Assembly (NCBI GenBank): GCA_045627845.1
Contig: JAZQOL010000002.1
Coordinates: 97,596 to 161,595, forward strand
DNA: 64,000 nt
DNA from: Lachnospiraceae bacterium
Lineage (GTDB): Bacteria; Bacillota; Clostridia; Lachnospirales; Lachnospiraceae
Direction of reading: 5' to 3'
Made by a program: the position numbers and the translations under genes. Below are positions 20,296-30,190 of this stretch, in pieces (positions within the stretch are counted from its first letter, which is position 1; each line of letters begins with the position of its first letter). The notes beneath the pieces were generated by a model. The model searched no databases, was not told where the DNA came from, and was given only the letters and a program-made list of their open reading frames with translations.

Positions 20296-21378
20296 GTGGC
20301 TAGAGTTTATAATTTTTCTGCAGGACCGGCTATGATGCCCTTATCTGTGCTTGAGGAAATTCAGGCAGAGCTTCTTGACTACAAAGGAAGCGGAATGAGC
20401 GTAATGGAGATGTCTCACCGATCAAAAGTTTTTCAGACTATAGTTGATGAGGCAGAAGCTGATTTAAGAGAGCTCATGGGTATTCCGGATAATTATAAAG
20501 TTCTTTTTATACAGGGAGGTGCTACATTACAGTTTTCAATGATTCCGTTAAATTTATGCAAGAACGGTGTTTTTGATTATATTGTAACAGGAGCCTGGTC
20601 TAAAAAAGCTGCTACTGAAGCAAAGAAATTCGGTAAAGTAAATGTTATTGCATCAAGCGCTGATCGCAATTTCAGTTATATTCCCGATTGCTCAGATCTT
20701 CCGATTGATGATGATGCTGATTATGTTTATATATGCGAAAATGAAACTATTCACGGAACGACTTTCCAGAGCCTTCCTAATACAAAAGGAAAGATTCTTG
20801 TTTCCGATCAGTCATCTATGTTCTTATCAAAACCTTGTAATGTATCCGATTATGGAATGATTTACGGTGGTGTACAAAAAAATATCGGACCCGCAGGATT
20901 ATCGATAGTTATTATCAGAGAGGATCTTATCAGAAATGATCTTGATGAGAAGCTTCCTGTTTATTTAAGATATGATACTCACGCCGAAAACGGATCTATG
21001 TATAATACACCCAACTGCTGGGCTATTTATGTATGTGGAAAAGTATTCAAGTATTTAAAGAGTATTGGCGGTCTTTCTGCTATGGATGAACTTAATAAGA
21101 AGAAAGCTAAAATCCTTTATGATTTCCTTGATAATTCCAAATTATTCTCAGGCACTGTTGAAAAAGAAGTCAGATCTTTGATGAATGTTCCTTTTGTTAC
21201 CGGATCTGCAGAAAAGGATGCTCTTGTTGTTGCGGCAACTAAGGCTGCAGGATTTGATAACCTTAAAGGACATAAGAGTGTTGGCGGTTTAAGAGCATCT
21301 ATATATAACGCTATGCCTATTGAGGGAGTAATTGCTCTTGTGGATTTCCTTAAAAAGTATGAAGAGGAGAATGCGTGA
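20296..21378 (+). CDS. serC: Phosphoserine aminotransferase
   Basis: RVYNFSAGPA, SVMEMSHRS, QGGATLQF, NETIHG, GGVQKNIGPAG, YNTP, GHKSVGGLRASIYNA. GTG start at 20296 after SD GGAGG. Confidence 0.97.
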   Translation: MARVYNFSAGPAMMPLSVLEEIQAELLDYKGSGMSVMEMSHRSKVFQTIVDEAEADLRELMGIPDNYKVLFIQGGATLQFSMIPLNLCKNGVFDYIVTGAWSKKAATEAKKFGKVNVIASSADRNFSYIPDCSDLPIDDDADYVYICENETIHGTTFQSLPNTKGKILVSDQSSMFLSKPCNVSDYGMIYGGVQKNIGPAGLSIVIIREDLIRNDLDEKLPVYLRYDTHAENGSMYNTPNCWAIYVCGKVFKYLKSIGGLSAMDELNKKKAKILYDFLDNSKLFSGTVEKEVRSLMNVPFVTGSAEKDALVVAATKAAGFDNLKGHKSVGGLRASIYNAMPIEGVIALVDFLKKYEEENA

Positions 21379-22541
21379 TGTTTGTTTATAATTGTCTTAA
21401 TTCCATTTCTAATATCGGTTTATGCAATTTTACCGATCAATATCAGAAGACTGAAAATATTGATGAAGCGCAGGGCATTTTGGTAAGAAGTGCAGACATG
21501 CATGAAATGGTTTTCTCTAATAATCTTTTATGCGTTGCAAGAGCCGGAGCCGGTGTTAATAATATTCCTTTGGACAGATGTGCAGAGAATGGTATTGTAG
21601 TATTTAACACTCCCGGAGCAAATGCAAACGGTGTTAAAGAACTTGTATTTGCCGGCATGCTGTATGCTTCCAGAGATATTGTCGGTGGAATTAATTGGTG
21701 TCTTAATAATCAAGATGATGAGAATATTGCCAAGACTGCAGAAAAGCAAAAGAAAAATTTTGCGGGTACTGAAATATCCGCCAAAAAGTTAGGTGTAATT
21801 GGATTGGGAGCAATCGGTGCACTGGTTGCCAACGCAGCCATTCATATGGGAATGGAAGTTTACGGATACGATCCATATATTTCCATAAATGCAGCATGGA
21901 GCTTGAATAGACAGGTTAAGCATGTGACTGATGTTAATGAAATATACAGAGAATGCGATTTTATTACTATTCATGTACCGCTTCTTGACAGTACTAAAAA
22001 AATGATAAATGCTGACGCTATTTCTCTTATGAAGCCAACAGCTATTCTTTTAAATTTTGCAAGAGATTTGCTTGTAGATGAGGAAGCTGTTGTTGATGCC
22101 TTATCCGCTGGTAAACTTGCAAGATATGTGTCTGACTTTCCTAATCAGATTACTGTTGGAACAAAAGGCTGTATTGTGACTCCTCATCTTGGAGCATCTA
22201 CAGCTGAAAGTGAAGATAATTGTGCTAAAATGGCAGTTCTTGAGATGATGGACTATCTTGAGAACGGTAATATTAAAAATTCTGTCAATTATCCTGCAGT
22301 TGATATGGGTGTTTGCCATAAAGTAGGAAGAATCGCAATTTTTCATAAGAACGTTGCAAATATGATTACTCAATTTACCGGTGCATTTGGTGATGTCGGA
22401 ATCAATGTTTCTGATCTTTTGAGCAAATCAAGAGGTGAGGTTGCTTATACAATGCTTGATGTTGATGACCCTGCTACCGATGAAATTGTTAATAAACTTG
22501 AAGCAATTGATGGAGTATTTAAAGTAAGAGTAGTTAAGTAA
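21378..22541 (+). CDS. serA: D-3-phosphoglycerate dehydrogenase with C-terminal ACT domain
   Basis: ARAGAGVNNI, NTPGANANGV, GVIGLGAIG, HVPL, NFARD, TPHLGAST; TGATG coupling to serC. Confidence 0.93.
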   Translation: MFVYNCLNSISNIGLCNFTDQYQKTENIDEAQGILVRSADMHEMVFSNNLLCVARAGAGVNNIPLDRCAENGIVVFNTPGANANGVKELVFAGMLYASRDIVGGINWCLNNQDDENIAKTAEKQKKNFAGTEISAKKLGVIGLGAIGALVANAAIHMGMEVYGYDPYISINAAWSLNRQVKHVTDVNEIYRECDFITIHVPLLDSTKKMINADAISLMKPTAILLNFARDLLVDEEAVVDALSAGKLARYVSDFPNQITVGTKGCIVTPHLGASTAESEDNCAKMAVLEMMDYLENGNIKNSVNYPAVDMGVCHKVGRIAIFHKNVANMITQFTGAFGDVGINVSDLLSKSRGEVAYTMLDVDDPATDEIVNKLEAIDGVFKVRVVK

Positions 22542-22542
22542 T

Positions 22543-22580
22543 AAAAAAGTCTTTATCCGTTTTGGATAAAGACTTTTTTT
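22543..22580. terminator. Bidirectional intrinsic terminator after serA
   Basis: AAAAAAGTCTTTATCC-GTTTT-GGATAAAGACTTTTTT. Confidence 0.9.
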
Positions 22581-22588
22581 AAAACTAT

Positions 22589-22870
22589 CTACATTCTTTC
22601 GAATTGCATATAATCACCGTATTTTGTCATGTCGCCCATTGTACTTTGAAATTTTTTCTCGGTTTCAAGGCCTGCATTTGAAGCTGCATCCATATATTCG
22701 ATAAAAATATCTTCAACAGGTTCGTTTAATTCTTTTGATAATTCTTCCATGATGGGTTTAAGTTTTTCTAACTGAAATGAGATTTTGACCTTTTCAGGGT
22801 CGATTCCGTCCATTACTTTATCAGCATAATTGCTTACTTTTTCTAATATATATTTTTCTTTATTTTCCAT
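22589..22870 (-). CDS. Hypothetical acidic helical protein (93 aa)
   Basis: SD GGAGG before ATG, shared terminator, no overlapping gene. Confidence 0.8.
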   Translation of the reverse strand: MENKEKYILEKVSNYADKVMDGIDPEKVKISFQLEKLKPIMEELSKELNEPVEDIFIEYMDAASNAGLETEKKFQSTMGDMTKYGDYMQFERM

Positions 22871-22975
22871 TTTTCCTCCAAATTTTACGTTTATATTATA
22901 TTTAATATATCACTTTTTCTTGTTTGAAATAATATTATTTGATAAACTGATTGAAAAGATTTTAGGAGATTTATT

Positions 22976-24217
22976 ATGGCTACTATTCGTCCGTTCTGTG
23001 CTGTAAGACCTGCTTTGGGATATGAGAGAAAAATTGCAGCTCTTCCTTATGACGTGTACAACAGAAATGAAGCGACAAATAAAGTTAAAGGTGACGACTT
23101 TTCATTTTTAAGAATTGACAGAGCCGAAACTCAGCTTCCTGAATCTGTTGATACATATGATGATTCTGTTTATCTTAAAGCTAAATCATTATATAACGAA
23201 ATGATTAAAAATGGTTATTTTGTAAAAGATTCAAAACCTTGCTTTTATTTGTATGAAGAAACTATGAATGGCCGTTCTCAAACCGGTTTGGTTTGTGTTT
23301 CGTCTGTTCAAGAGTATGAAACCGGTGTTATAAAGAAACATGAGAACACCCGAGCTGACAAGGAAATCGATCGAATTAAACATGTTGATACTCTTGATGC
23401 TCAGACCGGTCCTATTTTTCTGGCTTATAGAAGTAATGAAAAATTGAATTCTTTTTTTGAAAGTTATAAAAAACAAAATGAACCATATTGTGATTTTGTT
23501 TCAGATGATTCAATCAAGCATCGTGCATGGATAATTGATAAAGAGAATGATATAAACTTTATCACTAAGGAATTTAAAAACATACCTAATCTTTATATTG
23601 CAGATGGTCATCACAGATGTGCTTCTGCAGCGAAAGTATCAATAAAAAGAAGAGAAAATGATCTATGCTCCGATGCTAATGCTGAGTATAATTATTTCCT
23701 TAGTGTTGTCTTCCCGGATTCCGAATTGATGATTATGGATTACAACAGAGTAGTAAAGGATTTAAATAATTTGGACGAGTCTTTATTTTTAAATAAAGTT
23801 TCTGAGTACTTTGATATTAAAGAAATTGAAATCTCTGATGAGAAACCTTGTAAGAAAAATGACATATATATGATATTTAAAGATAAAGAATATTGTATTT
23901 CTCTTAAAACGCAATATGTTTCATCCGATCCCATCGAATCCTTAGATGTTTCAAAATTGCAGAATTACTTGTTATCCCCTATTTTAGGTATTAATGATCC
24001 CAAAACAGATAAAAGAATTGACTTTGTAGGGGGTATAAGAGGTGTTAAGGAATTAAGAAGAAGGGTTACCGAGGATTCTGCTGTTGCATTTGCCATGTTT
24101 CCGACTCAAATGGAAGAGTTGTTTGCAGTAGCCGATTCAAACCTTCTTATGCCACCTAAATCAACTTGGTTTGAACCCAAGTTAAGAAGTGGCTTGTTTA
24201 TTCATGAATTGAGTTAA
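22976..24217 (+). CDS. DUF1015-family protein
   Basis: IAALPYDV, KKHENTR, QTGPIFLAY, YIADGHHR, MPPKSTWFEPKLRSGL; next to serC-serA. Confidence 0.88.
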   Translation: MATIRPFCAVRPALGYERKIAALPYDVYNRNEATNKVKGDDFSFLRIDRAETQLPESVDTYDDSVYLKAKSLYNEMIKNGYFVKDSKPCFYLYEETMNGRSQTGLVCVSSVQEYETGVIKKHENTRADKEIDRIKHVDTLDAQTGPIFLAYRSNEKLNSFFESYKKQNEPYCDFVSDDSIKHRAWIIDKENDINFITKEFKNIPNLYIADGHHRCASAAKVSIKRRENDLCSDANAEYNYFLSVVFPDSELMIMDYNRVVKDLNNLDESLFLNKVSEYFDIKEIEISDEKPCKKNDIYMIFKDKEYCISLKTQYVSSDPIESLDVSKLQNYLLSPILGINDPKTDKRIDFVGGIRGVKELRRRVTEDSAVAFAMFPTQMEELFAVADSNLLMPPKSTWFEPKLRSGLFIHELS

Positions 24218-24224
24218 ATATAAC

Positions 24225-24253
24225 TTGCCAAATGGTTATTGGCATCATATAAT
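24225..24253 (+). promoter_or_regulatory. SigA-type promoter for tRNA-Thr
   Basis: TTGCCA (24225-24230), 17 bp spacer, TATAAT (24248-24253), 18 bp upstream of the tRNA. Confidence 0.75.
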
Positions 24254-24271
24254 AACAATGTTGTAAATTAA

Positions 24272-24344
<73 letters not shown>

Positions 24345-24463
24345 TTTTTTATTGCCGTTCATTTTACTATGTTTTGTCTTTCCGCGGCGGACAAATGGTT
24401 ATTATGGGGAGAAAATGCAATTTTCTTCCTGTTTTTTTGGCTATTTTTATTGGTTTGTTATTG

Positions 24464-24492
24464 TTGAATGGCTTATGTGCATATGCTAAAAT
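24464..24492 (+). promoter_or_regulatory. SigA-type promoter for argH-asd
   Basis: TTGAAT, 17 bp spacer, TG-extended TAAAAT. Confidence 0.6.
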
Positions 24493-24525
24493 TAGATTTA
24501 ATAAATGCATTTAAAGGAGATATTT

Positions 24526-25926
24526 ATGGCTCAGTTATGGGGCGGAAGATTTACAAAAGAAACCGATAAAAAGGTATATGATTTTAATGCTTCGATTTCT
24601 TTTGATAAAAGACTTCTTGAAAGAGATTGCGAAGGCTCCGTTGCACATGCGGCAATGCTTGCCAAATGCGGTATTATAACTGTTGAAGAATCTACAGCTA
24701 TAATTGATGGCCTTACTTCGATAAAAAATGATGTTCTTGGTGGAAACTTACTTATAACAGATGAATATGAAGATATTCATAGTTTTATGGAAGCTAATTT
24801 GATTAACCGAATCGGGGATGCTGGTAAGAAGTTACATACCGGTAGAAGCAGGAACGATCAGGTTGCTTTGGATATGCGTTTATTTGTTCGTCTTGAAATT
24901 TTGTATGTTGATGAATTCTTAAAACAATTACTGGGCGTTATAAATTCCATTATGGAAGAAAATACTGATACATATATGCCGGGCTTTACTCATTTGCAGA
25001 AAGCGCAACCTATTAGTTTGGCTCATCATATGGGTGCTTATTTCGAGATGTTTAAACGTGACAGAGATCGTCTGAAAGATAATTTTAAAAGAATGAATTT
25101 CTGCCCTTTGGGCGCCGGTGCATTGGCTGGTACAACTTATCCTTTAGACAGAGAGTATACTGCATCCGTCATGGGATTTTATGGACCGACATTAAACAGT
25201 ATTGATTCTGTTGCTGACAGGGACTATCTTATTGAATTTTTAAGTGATTTAAGCATTATATCTATGCATTTATCGAGATTTTGCGAAGAGATTATTATTT
25301 GGAACAGCAATGAATATCGCTTTATTGAACTTGATGATGCTTTTTCTACCGGATCTTCGATAATGCCTCAAAAGAAAAATCCTGATATTGCTGAACTTGT
25401 CAGAGGTAAAACCGGTCGAGTATACGGTTCTTTGGTTTCTTTGCTTACGACAATGAAAGCTTTACCGCTTGCTTATAATAAAGATATGCAGGAAGACAAG
25501 GAGGTAAGCTTTGATGCTATTGATACTGTAAAAAGTTGTTTGGAATTATTCACAGGAATGCTTGCCACCACAAAATTTAACAAAGAAATAATGGCAAACA
25601 GCGCAGTAAACGGATTTACTAATGCGACAGACGCTGCAGATTATCTTGTAAAGAAAGGGATGCCATTCAGAGATGCGCACAAAGTTATAGGAGAAATCGT
25701 TTTGTATTGTCTTGATGAGAATATTTCAATTGATGATTGCAGTCTTGATAAATTGAGAGAATTCAGCGAATTGTTTGATAATGATGTTTATAAAGAAATT
25801 TCTTTGGAAACATGCGTTTCAAAAAGGCTTACGATTGGCGCTCCGGGTCAGGATGCAATGAAGAGAGTTATTGAAATTAACAAATCATATCTTGAGAATG
25901 ACTGGAAAGATCAAACACTTGAATAA
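24526..25926 (+). CDS. argH: Argininosuccinate lyase
   Basis: LWGGRF, HTGRSRNDQV, PGFTHLQKAQP, GSSIMPQKKNPD, YNKDMQEDK. Start at ATG 24526 after AAGGAG. Confidence 0.97.
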   Translation: MAQLWGGRFTKETDKKVYDFNASISFDKRLLERDCEGSVAHAAMLAKCGIITVEESTAIIDGLTSIKNDVLGGNLLITDEYEDIHSFMEANLINRIGDAGKKLHTGRSRNDQVALDMRLFVRLEILYVDEFLKQLLGVINSIMEENTDTYMPGFTHLQKAQPISLAHHMGAYFEMFKRDRDRLKDNFKRMNFCPLGAGALAGTTYPLDREYTASVMGFYGPTLNSIDSVADRDYLIEFLSDLSIISMHLSRFCEEIIIWNSNEYRFIELDDAFSTGSSIMPQKKNPDIAELVRGKTGRVYGSLVSLLTTMKALPLAYNKDMQEDKEVSFDAIDTVKSCLELFTGMLATTKFNKEIMANSAVNGFTNATDAADYLVKKGMPFRDAHKVIGEIVLYCLDENISIDDCSLDKLREFSELFDNDVYKEISLETCVSKRLTIGAPGQDAMKRVIEINKSYLENDWKDQTLE

Positions 25927-25945
25927 ACAAACGGAGGATATAAAG

Positions 25946-27034
25946 ATGAATGAAAAGTTAAAAGTTGGTATTTTAGGTGGTACCGGTATGGTTGGCCAGA
26001 GATTTATTTCTCTTTTGGAAAACCATCCTTGGTTTGAAGTAACTACAATTGCTGCAAGCCCCAGATCTGCCGGAAAGACTTATGAGGAAGCTGTAGGAGG
26101 CAGATGGAAGATGGATACTCCTATGCCTGAAGCTGTTAAAAAGATTGTTGTTAAAGATGTTACAGAGGTTGCAAGTGTTGCTTCTGAAGTTGATTTTTGC
26201 TTTAGCGCTGTAGATATGACTAAAGAAGAGATTAAAGCTATTGAAGAAGAATATGCAAAGACTGAGACGCCTGTTGTATCAAATAATTCCGCACACAGAT
26301 GGACAAAAGATGTTCCTATGATCGTTCCTGAGATTAATGCTGATCATACTGCTTTGATTGAATTTCAAAAGAAACGTTTAGGTACTAATCGAGGCTTTAT
26401 TGCTGTTAAACCTAATTGTTCTATTCAAAGCTATACTCCCTGTTTACGTGCATGGGCTGAGTTTGAACCTTATGAAGTTATTGCTTCAACATATCAGGCT
26501 ATATCCGGAGCAGGTAAGACATTTAAAGACTGGCCGGAGATGATTGAAAATATTATTCCATATATTGGCGGCGAGGAAGAAAAGAGTGAAATGGAGCCGT
26601 TACGTGTTCTTGGTACATGTAAAGATGGCGAGATTGTTCTTAAAGAAGATATTGTTATTACTTCGCAGTGTATTCGTGTTCCTGTTCTTAACGGACATAC
26701 AGCATCTGTTTTTGTTAAATTCAAAAAGAAACCTACAAAAGAACAGCTTATTGAAAAACTTCGCTCGTTTAAAGGTGCGCCTCAGGAATTGAATCTTCCC
26801 AGTGCTCCAAAAAACTTTATTCAATATCTTGAAGAAGATAATCGTCCTCAGGTTAAACTTGACGTTGATTATGAAAACGGTATGGGAGTTTCAATCGGCA
26901 GATTACGTGAAGATAAAGTATACGATTATAAGTTTGTCGGATTATCTCACAATACTGTTCGTGGAGCAGCGGGCGGTGCTGTTTTGTGTGCTGAATTATT
27001 GAAGGCACAGGGCTATATTACCAAGAAAAACTAA
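25946..27034 (+). CDS. asd: Aspartate-semialdehyde dehydrogenase
   Basis: GILGGTGMVGQ, SNNSAHR, KPNCS, TYQAISGAG, EEEK, RVPVLNGH, HNTVRGAAG. Start at 25946 after GGAGG. Confidence 0.96.
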   Translation: MNEKLKVGILGGTGMVGQRFISLLENHPWFEVTTIAASPRSAGKTYEEAVGGRWKMDTPMPEAVKKIVVKDVTEVASVASEVDFCFSAVDMTKEEIKAIEEEYAKTETPVVSNNSAHRWTKDVPMIVPEINADHTALIEFQKKRLGTNRGFIAVKPNCSIQSYTPCLRAWAEFEPYEVIASTYQAISGAGKTFKDWPEMIENIIPYIGGEEEKSEMEPLRVLGTCKDGEIVLKEDIVITSQCIRVPVLNGHTASVFVKFKKKPTKEQLIEKLRSFKGAPQELNLPSAPKNFIQYLEEDNRPQVKLDVDYENGMGVSIGRLREDKVYDYKFVGLSHNTVRGAAGGAVLCAELLKAQGYITKKN

Positions 27035-27074
27035 AACGTTCGGGGGGATGTTTTAGAATAAGGAAGGTTATCTT

Positions 27075-28796
27075 ATGGAAGATCTTCGTTACCAGGTTGA
27101 TCTGTTAACAGCAATTAATCAAAAGCTTACAGCTGATGAAAAAATGTATAAGCTTCTATTCGAGGCGTCCAATAATGGCTTCTTATTCATTAATTATGAA
27201 ACAGGAGCAGCATGGACCCTCGGAACTTGGGAGCGTTTTTTTGATATTCAAATTAATGAGGCGACTGAATTAACTAAGCTTGTTGACTGTTTTTGCGAAA
27301 ATGAGCAAGGCGAAATCAGACGCCTTCTTTTCATTGAAAAGGAAGGTAAATATTCACAATCATTAGATGTTAAGCTAAAAGATGACAAGACATGGGTCTG
27401 TGTAACCGTTAAGGTTAATACGGATGAAAATAATAATATTACAGATAAAATTATTATTGTTGAAGATGTCACAAGACAGAAACTAAGACAAGATGAATTG
27501 TCTTATATGGCTTATTATGATATTTTAACAAATCTTTATAATCGTAATTATTTCATTACTAAATTAAAAGAATATATTGATAAAGCTTCAAAAGAAAATG
27601 CAATTGTAAGCGTTATGCTTTTGGATATAGATGATTTTCACCATATATCAGATGTCAGAGGTATTGTTATCGGTGATGAAATTATTCAGAATCTTGGCTT
27701 ATTTATTAATAATCTTACCGAACAGAATTTAATTGCATCGCGTTTTGACGGGGACATATTTTGTATAGCAATATATGATCCATGCGGTCATAGAAGTGTT
27801 GATACTGTTTATCGTTCTATCAAAGAGTTTTTGTCTAATCCAATGAAACTGACAGATTTGTCAGATGTATCAATATCTGTTTCTGTCGGCGTTGCTGAAT
27901 ATCCTGAGAGTTCCGATAATGCACTTCAGCTTATTAATTGCGCTGAAATCGTAATGCTTAAAGCAAAAAAATCCGGTAAAGACAATATTAAATTTTTTGA
28001 TTCTGCTATACTTTATAATTTTCTGAATGATGTAAATATCGAAAATAAATTAAAGAATGCAGTTCATTCTTCAAACTTTTTCATTAATTTTCAACCACAA
28101 TATTACTCTCAAACAAATAAGTTGAGAGGAGTTGAAGCTTTGGTCAGATGGAAGGATAGTGATGGTAATCTAATTAGTCCTTCAGTTTTTATTCCGCTTG
28201 CCGAAAAGAATGGAACGATTGTTTCAATAGGCGATTTTGTTCTTGAAGAGAGTATAAAAACATACATGGATTGGAAGCGCAAGTTTGATATTGACATGAT
28301 ATTGTCTGTCAACATTTCGTCTATTCAATATTCTCGCCCCGACTTTGTTCCTAAGGTGATCTCCATAATAAATAAATATGGTATGAATCCCGAATTGGTT
28401 GAACTTGAAATAACAGAATCGGTTTTAATTGATGATTTTGAATCTATAATTGCAAAGATGCTTGAACTGAAAGATTATGGTATCAGAGTTTCTTTGGATG
28501 ACTTTGGTACCGGTTTTTCCTCTCTTTCTTATTTGAGAGGATTGCCGATTAATACATTAAAGATTGATAAATCTTTTATTGATAATTTAATGAAAGATGA
28601 AGCTTCAAGAATAATTGTTGAAACTGTCATTACACTTTCTGATAAATTAGGGTTTGAAACAGTTGCTGAAGGTGTAGAAACAAAAGAACAGTTGGATTAT
28701 CTTAATTTGGCTCATTGTAATTTAATCCAAGGATTTTTCCTTGGAAAACCTATGGACTCTAAAGGAATCGAAGAACTATTGCTTAGAGTTTGTTAA
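27075..28796 (+). CDS. PAS-like + degenerate GGDEF + EAL protein (probable c-di-GMP phosphodiesterase)
   Basis: YYDILTNLYNR, LDIDDF, SRFDGDIF, GVEALVRW, SVNIS, LEITES, DDFGTGFSSL, KIDKSF, AEGVE, QGF. Confidence 0.92.
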   Translation: MEDLRYQVDLLTAINQKLTADEKMYKLLFEASNNGFLFINYETGAAWTLGTWERFFDIQINEATELTKLVDCFCENEQGEIRRLLFIEKEGKYSQSLDVKLKDDKTWVCVTVKVNTDENNNITDKIIIVEDVTRQKLRQDELSYMAYYDILTNLYNRNYFITKLKEYIDKASKENAIVSVMLLDIDDFHHISDVRGIVIGDEIIQNLGLFINNLTEQNLIASRFDGDIFCIAIYDPCGHRSVDTVYRSIKEFLSNPMKLTDLSDVSISVSVGVAEYPESSDNALQLINCAEIVMLKAKKSGKDNIKFFDSAILYNFLNDVNIENKLKNAVHSSNFFINFQPQYYSQTNKLRGVEALVRWKDSDGNLISPSVFIPLAEKNGTIVSIGDFVLEESIKTYMDWKRKFDIDMILSVNISSIQYSRPDFVPKVISIINKYGMNPELVELEITESVLIDDFESIIAKMLELKDYGIRVSLDDFGTGFSSLSYLRGLPINTLKIDKSFIDNLMKDEASRIIVETVITLSDKLGFETVAEGVETKEQLDYLNLAHCNLIQGFFLGKPMDSKGIEELLLRVC

Positions 28797-28808
28797 TATA
28801 CGGAGATA

Positions 28809-30176
28809 TTGATGCTTATAGGACGAAACCAGGAGATTAATCAATTAAATACATATTATGAACGTGATAAAAGCCAGATACTTGTTCTTTATGGTCAGAA
28901 ATATATTGGCAAAACATCTTTAATAAAGGAGTTTACATCTGACAAGCCGTTTTTCTTTTATTCATGTGAGCCGTTAAGTGAAAAAGAACAAAGTTATAGA
29001 ATGGGGCAGTTCCTTGCGAGGCTTAATGAGAAAACACTCAAATACCCTCGTTTACAGGATGTGTTTGAAGTATTTGCAAAAGATCGTACTCAAAAGAAAG
29101 TTATTGTTTTTGATGAATTTCAAAATATTCTCAGAAGTTTTCCGACCTTTATAGATGATATTATTAATTTTATTCATTTAAATTGGAATAATCAGGAATA
29201 TTTGTTCGTACTATCATCGTCTTCGGTTGGTTTCGTTGAAAATTCTTTGATATCAAAAATCGGCGAAGCTGCTTTTGAGTTATCAGGTTTTATTAAGCTT
29301 AAAGAATTATCATTTTATGATTTAAGAGAGCATTTTTCACTCTATACCAACGAGGAATGTGCTGTATGTTATTCTGTTCTTGGTGGGGTTCCGGGATTAT
29401 GGAAAATGTTTGATGAACATTTATCTGTAAAGGATAATATCATTAAATGTATTATTTCACCAAACGGTTCGTTGCGAAATACCGCAAAGGAATTGGTTGA
29501 AAGTGAACTTAGAGAAACATCTGTTTATAATACTATTTTGACTTCACTTTCAGAAGGAAAAAATAAATTAAATGATTTATTTGATCATACCGGGTTTTCA
29601 AGGGCAAAGATTAGTGTCTATATAAAGAATCTAATGGAACTTGAACTGGTAGAAAAAGTTTTTAGCATTGATTCAGATGGTAGAGACAATTCATTAAAGG
29701 GTATTTATGATATATCTAATAAGCTAGTTGATTTTTATTATTCGTTCATTTTTCCAAACAGTTCATTTTTGGAAATATATTCACCTGATGAATTTTATTC
29801 CTTAATTGTAATTCCGGGTTTAAGAACATATGTTGATAAATATTACAAGCAGATTTGCTGTTCTTATATGGATACATTAAACTCCAGGGGACGTTTGCCG
29901 ATTGCCGTTGAAAAGTTTGGTAAATGGCTTGGAAAGCAAGGCAATATTGATATTGTTGCTCAGTCTGAAAACGGAGAAACTATTATTGCGTTGTGCGTAT
30001 ATGATAAAGCTATGCTTACATATGAAGATTATGAATGGTTATTATTCTGCGCGAAGAAAGCAATGATTGAAGCTGATTACATATATTTGTTTGCCGGCAA
30101 CAGATTTGATGAAAAACTTTCCCTTGAAGCAAAAGTACGGAAGAATCTTAAACTATTGCTTCTTGATAGTCTTTGA
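28809..30176 (+). CDS. Archaeal-type AAA ATPase with winged helix and DUF234-like C-terminus
   Basis: IGRNQE start, LYGQKYIGKT Walker A, VIVFDEFQ Walker B, LGGVP, ELRETSVYNTIL, YIKNLMELELV, IDIVA. Confidence 0.8.
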   Translation: MMLIGRNQEINQLNTYYERDKSQILVLYGQKYIGKTSLIKEFTSDKPFFFYSCEPLSEKEQSYRMGQFLARLNEKTLKYPRLQDVFEVFAKDRTQKKVIVFDEFQNILRSFPTFIDDIINFIHLNWNNQEYLFVLSSSSVGFVENSLISKIGEAAFELSGFIKLKELSFYDLREHFSLYTNEECAVCYSVLGGVPGLWKMFDEHLSVKDNIIKCIISPNGSLRNTAKELVESELRETSVYNTILTSLSEGKNKLNDLFDHTGFSRAKISVYIKNLMELELVEKVFSIDSDGRDNSLKGIYDISNKLVDFYYSFIFPNSSFLEIYSPDEFYSLIVIPGLRTYVDKYYKQICCSYMDTLNSRGRLPIAVEKFGKWLGKQGNIDIVAQSENGETIIALCVYDKAMLTYEDYEWLLFCAKKAMIEADYIYLFAGNRFDEKLSLEAKVRKNLKLLLLDSL

Positions 30177-30190
30177 TTTGAGAAAGGTAT

